Shown: positions 27,388 through 37,293 of the stretch, piece by piece
Numbering within the stretch: the first letter of the stretch is position 1
How the letters are laid out: each line of letters starts with the position of its first letter
Source of the DNA: a virus
Lineage: Duplodnaviria; Heunggongvirae; Uroviricota; Caudoviricetes
DNA: 64,000 bases
Strand: one strand, 5' to 3'
Virus record (IMG/VR): IMGVR_UViG_3300027710_000010
Coordinates: 53,763 to 117,762 of that record
Notes under the pieces: model-generated
Told to the model about the DNA's origin: nothing
Databases searched by the model: none
Seen by the model: the letters and a program-made list of their open reading frames with translations, nothing else
Translations under genes and position numbers: made by a program

Positions 27388-27926
27388 TACAGAGTCTCGC
27401 CGCCAACTGTGCGGTTGCAAGCACACAGTTCACCAGTTTGCAATGCGTCAAGAATACGCAGAGTTTCTTCCGGGCTACGACCAACGTTCAAGTTATTGAC
27501 AGTCACATGTTGGATAACGTTCTCTGGGTCAACAATGAATGTGGCGCGGAGTGCGGCTCCTGCTGGTGCGTAGAATACACCCAACTGTTCAACCAAGCTC
27601 AACTCACCACGTTGCGTGTCGGCAAACTGGGTGTGAGTGATCTTCTTCAAATCAGCGTGTGCCATTTGCCATGCTATCTTACAGAACTCATTGTCTGTTG
27701 AGCCTGTTAGCAATACTGCATCGCGGTCAGCAAAGTCGCCTGTTAGTTTGTCGTATGCGACAATTTCAGTTGGGCAAACGAATGTGAAGTCTTTTGGATA
27801 GAACACGATTACTTTCCATTTGCCTTCAAAGCTCTGGTCTGTAATTGTGAAGTATGCATCTTCTGGTTGTCCTGGCTTAACGCCTGTGACTGCGAACGCT
27901 GTTAGTTTATCACCGATTGTTTTCAT
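27387..27926 (-). CDS. peroxiredoxin (AhpC/TSA family)
   Basis: DFTFVCPTEI peroxidatic Cys motif. Confidence 0.75.
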   Translation of the reverse strand: MKTIGDKLTAFAVTGVKPGQPEDAYFTITDQSFEGKWKVIVFYPKDFTFVCPTEIVAYDKLTGDFADRDAVLLTGSTDNEFCKIAWQMAHADLKKITHTQFADTQRGELSLVEQLGVFYAPAGAALRATFIVDPENVIQHVTVNNLNVGRSPEETLRILDALQTGELCACNRTVGGETL

Positions 27927-28063
27927 ATTTTTCTCCTGTGTGTAAAATGAAAATTAAGAACTTTCGTTCCTTGTATATATTGTACTTTTATTTAATCTAC
28001 AAATCAAGCATTTTAATAGATTTTAGCTATAATTATTTCAATAAGGCTTATAGGAAAAATCAA

Positions 28064-28474
28064 TTATGTTTTTCGATTTTTTGTTTCCTCTAGAACCTTT
28101 GCAATGTTTTTAATACGCTCCACATCTTCATATGTTGCGTTATTTTTAAAACGGTTACATCGTTCACAGATGATCCAAAAATTCTCAATGCTATCTTCTC
28201 CACCATAACTTTGTGGGATAATGTGATCAGTACTAGGAGTAGCGTAATCCTTTTTACCGTGATTATTTTTTCCTAGTCCATAATCTAATTCACTGCCACA
28301 GCAAGGACAATGTGTTTTACACAATGCTAGATAGGGCGCATAATCAACTCCCCAAGTAACACTGTTCACTTTTGCCCAAACTGGCCGCAGGTCATTTGTT
28401 TCACATACTACAGCAAAAAGATCTCTACTGTAGTATGTTTCTGGATTGTATTTTGGATACAAACTTTTATTCAT
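28064..28474 (-). CDS. HNH homing endonuclease
   Basis: CPCCG...HIIPQSYGG...CERCNRFKNN. Confidence 0.75.
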   Translation of the reverse strand: MNKSLYPKYNPETYYSRDLFAVVCETNDLRPVWAKVNSVTWGVDYAPYLALCKTHCPCCGSELDYGLGKNNHGKKDYATPSTDHIIPQSYGGEDSIENFWIICERCNRFKNNATYEDVERIKNIAKVLEETKNRKT

Positions 28475-29477
28475 CGTCTTCTTCTGTATCCTCTACCTTC
28501 ATAATAGGGATAGTGATGTCAAACGGCTTACTGGCAAGACTCTTGCCTTTTGCTTGTTCGTAAATTGCAATGATACCACTTGCTTGCTTTTCTCGAACAC
28601 CCATACCTTTGTAGTTAGTAGGATATGTGCGTTCAAATGCGTGGTTAATGCTCAAGTGCAGATCTTTGCCTGTTTCAAAACGTTGACTTGCTTCGTAAAA
28701 CAAATCTTTGAACACTGAATCAGAATATGCGTCTTCTGCAATTAGAATTTCTCGAGCTTTCAAGAATCCCATTACAGTGGGCTCTGCAATTTTATCATTA
28801 GGCCAGTATTCTCGATAACGGGCCAACACATAAGTCAACGGGCCGTTACCATAGCTTTCACTACATTCGTACAAGTGGCTAATGTGTGTAATGCAACCAG
28901 GAGCACGTTTCTTATATGCTGTTTCGCAGTTGGCATCAGTAACTGCCTTTTCAATGGCCAGTGATGCCTTATCACCCATTTTGCAGTTTTGCTTGTGGAT
29001 GAAGAATTTTGCCATTGGCTCGCTGTCTGTGTTCAATGCCAGCAACTGTCGGCTCTCTACGTTTACGTCTTCGGTCTCGACATAGAAGCAGGGAATTTCT
29101 GTTAGAAGACCATAATAGATCAACCATACAGTCATATGCTGTTGACCATCTGAGCCGTAGTAACGATCCTCTTTAGGATCATAACGACATTGCAAGGGTG
29201 TGACACAATTGATGTCCCACTTGCCGTGCAATTTTTTCATATGTTTAGGTTCTGGCCAACGCTGACGTTCATAGTTAATATAAATCTTATCAGCAGGCAC
29301 CCATGCAAATTTCAAAGTGTTCTTCACACTCTTGGCAATAGCTGTCATCTGCGCTGGGATTTTAATTCCAATTCGACGAGAGCAGGCTTTTGCTACATCT
29401 GTGATTGGAACACGTTTATCGGGAAGTCCGATACTGGGGTCAAACGGTGCAAGTGTAGCACCAATATTCTTACTCAT
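28467..29477 (-). CDS. hypothetical protein
   Basis: 336 aa, no recognisable motif. Confidence 0.5.
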   Translation of the reverse strand: MSKNIGATLAPFDPSIGLPDKRVPITDVAKACSRRIGIKIPAQMTAIAKSVKNTLKFAWVPADKIYINYERQRWPEPKHMKKLHGKWDINCVTPLQCRYDPKEDRYYGSDGQQHMTVWLIYYGLLTEIPCFYVETEDVNVESRQLLALNTDSEPMAKFFIHKQNCKMGDKASLAIEKAVTDANCETAYKKRAPGCITHISHLYECSESYGNGPLTYVLARYREYWPNDKIAEPTVMGFLKAREILIAEDAYSDSVFKDLFYEASQRFETGKDLHLSINHAFERTYPTNYKGMGVREKQASGIIAIYEQAKGKSLASKPFDITIPIMKVEDTEEDDE

Positions 29478-29586
29478 AATAACACCTTTTTCTATGTTTA
29501 CTGTTAGTTTTGGCTACGCCCCAACAGACCAAATAAAATGCTTATTCAGTAAAGTAATTATACTATCAAATATAAGGCAAGTCAAT

Positions 29587-29615
29587 AAAAAAGGCTGTAA
29601 AAACAGCCTTTTTGG
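29587..29615. terminator. bidirectional rho-independent terminator
   Basis: AAAAAAGGCTG-taaaaa-CAGCCTTTTT. Confidence 0.7.
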
Positions 29616-29634
29616 TAAACCTATTTAAAATGCA

Positions 29635-30459
29635 TTATGCAAAAATTTCCAATGCAGTTCCGCACTCGACACAGAACTTGGCGTGAGCTCGATTCTGTTT
29701 ACCGCAGGTTACACATTTTGGTTTGTGTTGTACTGTTACTGGTTTGGTAACAGGCTTATTGTCACCCAAGTCACCTACTAGTCTCAATACAATGTTGTGT
29801 ACAGTTGACTCCAGTGTGCCTACTGTGGTCTCTTGAAACTTTTGTGTACTCTTGCTACCCGGAACTGTGATTCCTACATCGTTCCAATCCATAGTAGCCA
29901 TACCATCATGTGATTCCATCTTGTTGATGATACCGTTGTCAGCGCAATACTTGTCTACTGCGGCACTCGCTGCCTGTGCAGTAACTTCACCGTTCTTACT
30001 AAGGTCAATACTACGCAACATACCACCTACATTGTAACTAGCAGTATTGGTAGTAGCATAAGTGCTACCACTTGCCGTAATCCAGCTGGTATTAAAAATA
30101 GGACGTGGAATTTCAAACTGATATTCAATACGAACAAGTCCGTCTTCTAGTTTGATACCACGTGGTCCATCTTCGATAGCAGTAGTACGTTCAATAAACT
30201 TGAACTTGTTACCTTCGGAGAGATTGCCGTTTTTAATCCAACGCTCTAAGTCGACAGTCCGACCCGGGTCAATGACCAGTCCGCCAGGAACGACATTCTC
30301 TCCGTCGATAAACACATTTACCACAGCACGGGTTGTATTGAGATTTTTAAGTAAGATGCTATATTCGCTGGCAAATGGAATATAGACTGTGTCCTTGAAT
30401 TCACGTAGGACTTTTGAGTTGGCTTTTATACTCGCAACGAGTTTTTGATTATACATCAT
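29635..30459 (-). CDS. hypothetical protein with C-terminal zinc ribbon
   Basis: C-terminal CVTCG...CVECG. Confidence 0.5.
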   Translation of the reverse strand: MMYNQKLVASIKANSKVLREFKDTVYIPFASEYSILLKNLNTTRAVVNVFIDGENVVPGGLVIDPGRTVDLERWIKNGNLSEGNKFKFIERTTAIEDGPRGIKLEDGLVRIEYQFEIPRPIFNTSWITASGSTYATTNTASYNVGGMLRSIDLSKNGEVTAQAASAAVDKYCADNGIINKMESHDGMATMDWNDVGITVPGSKSTQKFQETTVGTLESTVHNIVLRLVGDLGDNKPVTKPVTVQHKPKCVTCGKQNRAHAKFCVECGTALEIFA

Positions 30460-30537
30460 GGTTCTTCCTTTTTACGGTACACACTCTAAGTACCTAGTTA
30501 TTAAAGAGTGTTAGTTGTGGACCATCCACAAATTTAT

Positions 30538-30783
30538 TTATTCTACTGTTAGTCGCTTGATATCTTTTGGCTTTACTTTAATAAAAGTAGTGTGCCAGTT
30601 ATCTTTATCTTTAAGAGGAAGATCTAGAAATACAGTTACTAAACTACCTTGCTCTTCATTGACCATACCTTCACCGCCGCATGTGCCTACGAATGGAACT
30701 CCGTTGTATTTGCCAAACACTCGATCACCAAACGTCCATTTTGCTTTAGGACGATTCAATGCAAAGTATTCAGCTAGATTCAT
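30538..30783 (-). CDS. hypothetical protein
   Basis: 81 aa ORF coupled to the downstream gene. Confidence 0.4.
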   Translation of the reverse strand: MNLAEYFALNRPKAKWTFGDRVFGKYNGVPFVGTCGGEGMVNEEQGSLVTVFLDLPLKDKDNWHTTFIKVKPKDIKRLTVE

Positions 30784-31268
30784 TCTTCATCCTGATCGTT
30801 GTGTAATTGATTCTTGAAAAATTCAAGTTGGTCAATCAAATGCTGTACGCCTGGCTCATTCATAGTAAGTGTAGTATATCCCATTGTGAATGCCAAACGA
30901 TTGTCATCTGTAAGACCAAATGTGTAATACGTCTTAGGTTCCTTTTTTGGCGCAGGCGGTTCAACATAAGGAACTGCTTCAGGCTTTGGAAACTTAACGA
31001 CATTGTCGTATTCAGCTTCACGTTCTTTACGGCTTTTAAAAAAATCAAACATCAAAGGCTCCATGTTAAAATAACGAGCTACTGGCGGACACACTAGCGG
31101 TACACTAAGAGTTAGTATAAATCCTAGTGTGGCAATTTCAGTAAGGCCGGAATGTGTAAATGCCAAACATGTTCCGACCCAGAAATATACAAAGCCTGTC
31201 CAGAATAAGTAGTATCCACTACTACGTCCAAATAATTTCATAGTCCTATTTGTCTTCCAAACAAGCAA
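30780..31268 (-). CDS. membrane protein
   Basis: Two N-terminal hydrophobic helices. Confidence 0.5.
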   Translation of the reverse strand: MLVWKTNRTMKLFGRSSGYYLFWTGFVYFWVGTCLAFTHSGLTEIATLGFILTLSVPLVCPPVARYFNMEPLMFDFFKSRKEREAEYDNVVKFPKPEAVPYVEPPAPKKEPKTYYTFGLTDDNRLAFTMGYTTLTMNEPGVQHLIDQLEFFKNQLHNDQDEE

Positions 31269-31579
31269 TATACTTCAAACCATTTAGTAGGAGGATTCTC
31301 TAGGAAGTAAGGATTAACACGAAATGTTATTTCCCAATCCCTAGAGAATTGAAAGTGCCTGGATCCAAATCTAATGTTGAACCAGAGATTGCTCATTTGG
31401 TAACCTCAACACATGTGAACTTCATAACCTTAGTTGTTCCAGTAGCCATTCTTTCAGCAGTTTTGCCGGCTGCTACACATTCTTGTTGAGTTCGGAAACC
31501 AGGCACTGAAGTCAGCGCCATGGAATCCTTATCACTCATCATACCAACGTGTGCGAATAGTATTAGAGTCCAGAGCATA

Positions 31580-32416
31580 TTACTTGTTCATCATCAATGC
31601 GTTGAAGTTGCTAGGAACAACAATGGTCTGCACCTTGCCGTTCTTAATACCTTCGGAGATGTTTAACATGGCCTGTGCTTGCATGAATGCAATTGAGCTA
31701 CCACTGTTATTAGCCAATGCTGCCATACGACGCGATTCAGCTTCGGCAGTCTTGACTTCAACTTCTTTCTGCTTCAATTCGTTTTTACTGCGAACTAGCG
31801 CATTAGCACTTTCAACAACTGTATCGGCTGGCACAACATTACGAATCAGCACTTGGCTAATCATAATAGTACCGTCAAGTTTTTCTTCAGCCAAGTTGCG
31901 AACAATTTCGTCTTGAATAAACTTTTCCATCTCACCACGGTTGTCTGCCATGTCCAGTGCTTCATATTTACGTGCCGCTTTGTAGATAGCATTACGAGCA
32001 TTTTGAACAATGTAGTTATACATCACGTATGTATCGCCCTTGAACTCTGCGTGGAACGCTTTATTCTTAGTGCTATACAGCTCACTCACTTGCTGTGGGT
32101 TAATGTTATAAACAACCACAGCGTCAAAGTCTTTCATAGTTGAGTTGTCTTTGGCTACAGGTGTCATATTTTCTAGCGACACATTAACGTCTTTAATTGG
32201 GAATGTAAGAACGTCACCAATTAGTACTTGGTTAAACGTACCTGGAAGCAGTTCTCCACTTTGGACTTGTTTATCAAAGCCAACACGGACACCGACCTCA
32301 CCAGTTTCGATACGAGTACAACCTGTAGCAAAAACAGCGGCGGCAAGAACGGAGAGAGTAAAAATACGTTTCATTTTAGATAATACCTTGTGTGAAAAGA
32401 AAGAAGCAAATAACAA
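31580..32416 (-). CDS. SPFH/band-7 (prohibitin-like) domain lipoprotein
   Basis: Lipobox LAAAVFATGC; band-7 core and C-terminal coiled coil. Confidence 0.65.
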   Translation of the reverse strand: MLFASFFSHKVLSKMKRIFTLSVLAAAVFATGCTRIETGEVGVRVGFDKQVQSGELLPGTFNQVLIGDVLTFPIKDVNVSLENMTPVAKDNSTMKDFDAVVVYNINPQQVSELYSTKNKAFHAEFKGDTYVMYNYIVQNARNAIYKAARKYEALDMADNRGEMEKFIQDEIVRNLAEEKLDGTIMISQVLIRNVVPADTVVESANALVRSKNELKQKEVEVKTAEAESRRMAALANNSGSSIAFMQAQAMLNISEGIKNGKVQTIVVPSNFNALMMNK

Positions 32417-32643
32417 ACCCTAGTGCAAAATACAGTGGGCGAAGATAACGATCATTGATCATAAAAATCCTTAAAAGAGAATTACAAGTACAGTCATTAA
32501 CATTACTGTTGCCAGTGATACAAGTATACTATAACCTGCAGTCTTTGTCAAATTCCATTTGTCCTTACCGTTCAAATTTCTCCAAGCAGTTATGCCAAAG
32601 TGAATAAGAGCGGCAAGGATAGCAAATGCTAGCCAAAGTCTAA

Positions 32644-33648
32644 TCATGACTGACCTTTATTTGGGAAAGGCCAAGCACCAGATTGGATTGGCGCACTCGT
32701 ATAACGGTAACGTTCATTACCACTGTACAACCGGTCGTTGGTGCCTTTCTCAAAGCCTTCACGATAGTCCAATCGTTCACGACCAAACTTGTCGTCTACT
32801 GCATTGTAGCTGTTTTGCCATCCTGCTGAGTAGCCTGCGTAGAACGCACTATTACCCAACTTAGGCCCTGTGTATACAGGCTTGCTACCTACCGCAGTAG
32901 ACTGTACTGATTTTGTAAACGCATCTTCTGGACTCACGTTCAACTCACCAATAACTTCATATCGGCAAGCACGACCCTTAGCATCGTTGTAGTCACTTGG
33001 AATGCTTACAACATCACGTGGATTGATCTTAACAATCACTGTGCGAGCACCACCAAAACTAGCCAAGTAGCTCATAGCACAGAAGTGCAAGCCTGTTGAA
33101 CAAGTACGATCCTTGTTGTCGTCAACATCATGTCGTTCCATTTCAACAACTTGACCGATGCTGTTATCCATTGTACCCGAATGGCAATCTTTATAGTCTT
33201 CACGAACTTTCTTGTAAGCAAGGAAGTGACCGTCCGGAGTAATTGGCAAATTGCTCTTTTCCAAGAAGTTATACAGTTCAGTAACTGCTCGCTTGCTTGG
33301 GTTCTGATACAAGTTTTCCATAAAGTTGACCATGGGCTCAATAGGAAAGCCTTCTTGCAACATGGCAATCATACGCACTGACAAACCAGTGTTCAGTTCT
33401 TTACCTTTCCAGTATAGTGTTTCGCCTTGGATGCTAACATTGCCAGCACCGTAGTTCAACACAACCTTTTTAGGTTCAATAATGTCTGGGAGGGCGTCCC
33501 AATCTTCTGCTTTAATTGCGTCCAGCACTTTTTGGTAAGTGATGTGCGTCTTGCTAATGGTATGCGGTTTGTTGTCAATTACAACAACAATGTTACTACC
33601 TTGAATCAAAAATGGATAAGCCATTTTAAACACCTTTCTTTTGGTCAA
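32644..33648 (-). CDS. rIIB: rIIB-like protein
   Basis: Immediately downstream of rIIA-like gene, right size (334 aa), T4-type arrangement. Confidence 0.5.
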   Translation of the reverse strand: MTKRKVFKMAYPFLIQGSNIVVVIDNKPHTISKTHITYQKVLDAIKAEDWDALPDIIEPKKVVLNYGAGNVSIQGETLYWKGKELNTGLSVRMIAMLQEGFPIEPMVNFMENLYQNPSKRAVTELYNFLEKSNLPITPDGHFLAYKKVREDYKDCHSGTMDNSIGQVVEMERHDVDDNKDRTCSTGLHFCAMSYLASFGGARTVIVKINPRDVVSIPSDYNDAKGRACRYEVIGELNVSPEDAFTKSVQSTAVGSKPVYTGPKLGNSAFYAGYSAGWQNSYNAVDDKFGRERLDYREGFEKGTNDRLYSGNERYRYTSAPIQSGAWPFPNKGQS

Positions 33649-35791
33649 TCATCGAAATATATTCTGCAATAGCATGACTGTTATTGCAACCACCTAGACT
33701 GCTCAACAATGGATAGCGGCTGTAAATGGCAGTACTTTCACTTACAAGGCTTTTCTTCAACACTTCAATTTCAAAGTTAATGCTATAACGAGTACACATG
33801 CGATGCAAACTGTAATCGGTCAAGTCAACTTTTTCTGCTGTTGCCAACTTACTTACAGTCTTAACATAAGGACTGTTTGTATTATTGATTAGCTCCACAA
33901 TTTGTTTATTATACTGGATCAGCAAGCCTCTGTCAACACTGCTGTACGCCAAATTCAGTTTTTGTGCATCAGTCATTTTGGACAATGTTGAGATGACAAG
34001 TTCTTCTACGTTAACCCAATTTTTTTGAGTTTTGATAAAATCCAAATCACCTTTACGCACACCCAAAACATCAACCCGCAGTGTTTTAAATCCGCATCGC
34101 TTCAAATCTTCAATAAATTCCTTACCACTGAAGTTATTACCTGCTTTGCTGATTACATTGTAACCACTCAAAGGCAAATAGTAGTGTGTAGAGTTAGTGT
34201 CAAAGCCGTCAGCTTTGCCTGCATCACGCCATACCACTTCCTTAGCACGGTAATAACCACCGCGGCCACGTTCTTCCAAACGCAAAATGCTAACGTTCTT
34301 ACCACTGGCAGAACTTTGAGCACGTTCTTTCTGCAAAAGCGCACTCGCCAGCATGACCTTTGGAGGCGACTTGATAAACTTTAAAAACGCATCAAACTGT
34401 GCAGGCTTTGTTTTGTCCACAGGTTCCATAACAAATACATGCGAGCTGTAAGGCATGTCCTTACTGTCTGTATTACGCCAGTGAAACTTAGCACGTTCTG
34501 CCGCACCTACTTTAGTATCGTTCTTAATAAAGTATGCACTGTCGCTAACACTAATACGCCATGAATGAATAGACGCCTTAGTAGTTTGATCGTATTCGTG
34601 ATCAGACTTCATAGTGCTACAGGTATTGCTACCGCGGGCCTTTGTAAAGCCTCGGATTACAATGTTGTACTTTTTAGACAGCGTTGATTCCAAAATCTTA
34701 AATGGGATCAAACGACCTGTGTTGTAATGGTTAGGAGTTTGATCAAAGAACACATCTTTAGTGTCTGTGATAAATTTGATGGCCGCAGTGGACATCAAAG
34801 TGTCATCACGTTGCTTGTTCAACCAAATTGCACGTTCCCATTTGTTAGTGAACGTCTTTGCCTTTTCTGCAATGTGTACTGCCAACTGAGTATTCAGTGC
34901 TTCCAACTTTGCTTTGATTGCGGCAATAGTTTGTGGAATGTATGACAAGCCTTCACGTGACGCTTGAAAGTCTACTTCACCGATAGCAAAGTGAATTTCC
35001 AAACCACAACCCAACAAGCGAGACACGTCGCCCAAATCCTTATGGTTAGCTTGCGGCACTTCAATAGGGTAAGCAATATTGCCCATAATGGCAACACTAC
35101 GGCCTCCATCGTTATGCGAATGCACGCCTGGGATGATGTCGCGTTCTTTGTAAGACACGTCACGGAATTGAAAATCGCTAACACCGCAAACAACAGGGCG
35201 CAGTTTAAAATATTTGTAGACATGACGTGCTTCGTCGTGGAACTTACTAAAGTCCCAACGGTCGTTAACACTGAACTTAACTTCCACACCAGTGGGTTCG
35301 TCTGTAGTTTCAGTCATCATTTTAGCAATGGATGGCACACCTGCATCGTTAATGAACGCAGAGTAAATACCCTTAACACCGTTTTGGATAGCGGTAACAG
35401 TAAAGTTGTCTGTGTAGCTGAATGGGCTCTTACTGCCCAAACCCAACGCACCAATAAACTCGTTGCTATTAGTCTTAGTGGATTCAAAGTAAGTGGTGTA
35501 AATTTGTGTCACTTGTTCATGCGACAAGCCAGTACCGTAGTCACGGATGGCGAACCAAGGTTCCAATTGATTGGGCAAATGCACATCAAATGGTGTTTCG
35601 TGTTTGCCTGCGGCAGCATGACTGTCCACAGCATTACAACTCAGTTCGCGAACGATAGCACGGACCTTGTTAGCATACAAGCCCGAGCTCAAAATGTTAA
35701 ATGCTTTTGCCGAATTGCGAATTCGAAATTCACCAATTTCGCCAACATTGCTCAAAACTGCTTCGTTAACTGGAGCATTGTTCAAAATCAT
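33626..35791 (-). CDS. rIIA: rIIA-like protein (GHKL-ATPase-like N-terminus)
   Basis: ILSSGLYANKVRAIVRELSCNAVDSH and GLGSKSPFSYTD blocks match T4 RIIA; 721 aa versus T4 725 aa. Confidence 0.75.
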   Translation of the reverse strand: MILNNAPVNEAVLSNVGEIGEFRIRNSAKAFNILSSGLYANKVRAIVRELSCNAVDSHAAAGKHETPFDVHLPNQLEPWFAIRDYGTGLSHEQVTQIYTTYFESTKTNSNEFIGALGLGSKSPFSYTDNFTVTAIQNGVKGIYSAFINDAGVPSIAKMMTETTDEPTGVEVKFSVNDRWDFSKFHDEARHVYKYFKLRPVVCGVSDFQFRDVSYKERDIIPGVHSHNDGGRSVAIMGNIAYPIEVPQANHKDLGDVSRLLGCGLEIHFAIGEVDFQASREGLSYIPQTIAAIKAKLEALNTQLAVHIAEKAKTFTNKWERAIWLNKQRDDTLMSTAAIKFITDTKDVFFDQTPNHYNTGRLIPFKILESTLSKKYNIVIRGFTKARGSNTCSTMKSDHEYDQTTKASIHSWRISVSDSAYFIKNDTKVGAAERAKFHWRNTDSKDMPYSSHVFVMEPVDKTKPAQFDAFLKFIKSPPKVMLASALLQKERAQSSASGKNVSILRLEERGRGGYYRAKEVVWRDAGKADGFDTNSTHYYLPLSGYNVISKAGNNFSGKEFIEDLKRCGFKTLRVDVLGVRKGDLDFIKTQKNWVNVEELVISTLSKMTDAQKLNLAYSSVDRGLLIQYNKQIVELINNTNSPYVKTVSKLATAEKVDLTDYSLHRMCTRYSINFEIEVLKKSLVSESTAIYSRYPLLSSLGGCNNSHAIAEYISMIDQKKGV

Positions 35792-35873
35792 TGGAAACCT
35801 TTCTGTGTGTGTTTGTTTACGCTATGTATGTATTATAGCGCCATCTGCATTGAAAGTCAAGTCAGAATTGTAG

Positions 35874-35898
35874 AAAATGGGGCAGTTTGCCCCATTTT
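35874..35898. terminator. bidirectional rho-independent terminator
   Basis: AAAATGGGGCA-gttt-GCCCCATTTT. Confidence 0.7.
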
Positions 35899-35916
35899 GG
35901 TAAACCAAATTATGGT

Positions 35917-37017
35917 TTAAAACGCATCGTAGTAATGGAACTGCTTTTCTTTCACTTTGGTAAGTGTTAGTGCAACCCCGTTCTTATTCATAAAGATGAA
36001 TGTTCCGTTAGCAGGATCGATCTTTTGGATTTCACCTGGATGGAATTGTGTTTCTTCCCAATTCCAATCTGCTTCCTCGTCATTGTCGTCTCGGTCAGTC
36101 CATGGAAGACCTGCATCTGAGATTTTGAATGACAAGTGAATATTGCTTTGAAGTGGGTTGCCCTTCCATTCACGAGACTCCAAGTGCTTTTGGTCAATTG
36201 GAATACCTTTGAAGGTCAATTGAGTAGTGTACTTGTTGCCGTCGTCAAACTCTGGCTTGGCGTTCAACATCTTCAATGCTTGCTCCGGAGTTTCGTTGTA
36301 GCGGTTCATTTCTTCAACCAATGCCTTCAACATGTCAAAGTTGAACTGATTGAACAAGCTGGCAATAGAGCACAATTTGGTGATGTGTTCTTTAGCCTTC
36401 AAATTGTCTTCACAGTATTCAACAATGAATGCCATGTCTAACCCCTTGTAGTCGATCATGTAGTAGATACGACCTGGGCGGTTACGCATGTGTGAGTCAA
36501 CACGCCACTTGTCATTACAAGTCAACATGAACAGTTTCTTTGAAGGAAACACGCCATCCAACAAAGTTAGAATAGCTTCTTGCTCGTCGCTTGAGTAAAC
36601 TTTCTCGAACTCGTCAAACAACACAATGCATGGCTGGTCGATAGTCTGCATGAACGCATTAAACTTATCACCGTGAAATGGAGCATTGATAACAATAGTT
36701 GGAATGCCTGTCTTAGCACCTTCGATAGATACTGCCTTAGCCAGCAATGACTTGCCAGAACCTTTTTCACCTGTAAGCATTACACCAGTAGTAGCAGGAC
36801 GATCACCAAACGTATCTAGGATACGTCGGCAGTTAGTCATGTGGTCACCGTAAGTCTTGCCTTTGATCTCAAAGTCGCTGATATGCTCCAAGAACAATTC
36901 GCCCGACATGGGATTCTCTTTGATAATGTAGTTACCAGCAGGCAGTGCTTCGTGGAGGTCCAGTGCTTCTTTAGCAGACACTCGGAACTGATTACCTGAT
37001 TTCAAAAAATATGTCAT
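35917..37017 (-). CDS. AAA-family ATPase
   Basis: Walker A GEKGSGKS, Walker B IVLFDEFEK. Confidence 0.7.
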   Translation of the reverse strand: MTYFLKSGNQFRVSAKEALDLHEALPAGNYIIKENPMSGELFLEHISDFEIKGKTYGDHMTNCRRILDTFGDRPATTGVMLTGEKGSGKSLLAKAVSIEGAKTGIPTIVINAPFHGDKFNAFMQTIDQPCIVLFDEFEKVYSSDEQEAILTLLDGVFPSKKLFMLTCNDKWRVDSHMRNRPGRIYYMIDYKGLDMAFIVEYCEDNLKAKEHITKLCSIASLFNQFNFDMLKALVEEMNRYNETPEQALKMLNAKPEFDDGNKYTTQLTFKGIPIDQKHLESREWKGNPLQSNIHLSFKISDAGLPWTDRDDNDEEADWNWEETQFHPGEIQKIDPANGTFIFMNKNGVALTLTKVKEKQFHYYDAF

Positions 37018-37018
37018 T

Positions 37019-37222
37019 TTATTTCTTAGTTTCGATTGAAGATTTAAACAGTAGGCCGCACAAGATCATTAGTCCCCATGCCTGCCACCATCCAATTGCA
37101 TTAACTCCGGTAACTGCACCAACAAGGCAATAGTTCCAAAGTAGCATTACTGGTAAACTGACTAGCAGTCCAAAACACACAATGAGGCCAACTGCTCCAA
37201 AAAGTGCAAAAAGGATTTTCAT
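37019..37222 (-). CDS. small membrane protein
   Basis: 67 aa, two hydrophobic helices. Confidence 0.45.
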   Translation of the reverse strand: MKILFALFGAVGLIVCFGLLVSLPVMLLWNYCLVGAVTGVNAIGWWQAWGLMILCGLLFKSSIETKK

Positions 37223-37293
37223 ATAATACTCTGTTTGTTTGTATGTGTTAATTATAGCAGAGGTAAACGATATTGTCTACCCCTGCGTACAAT

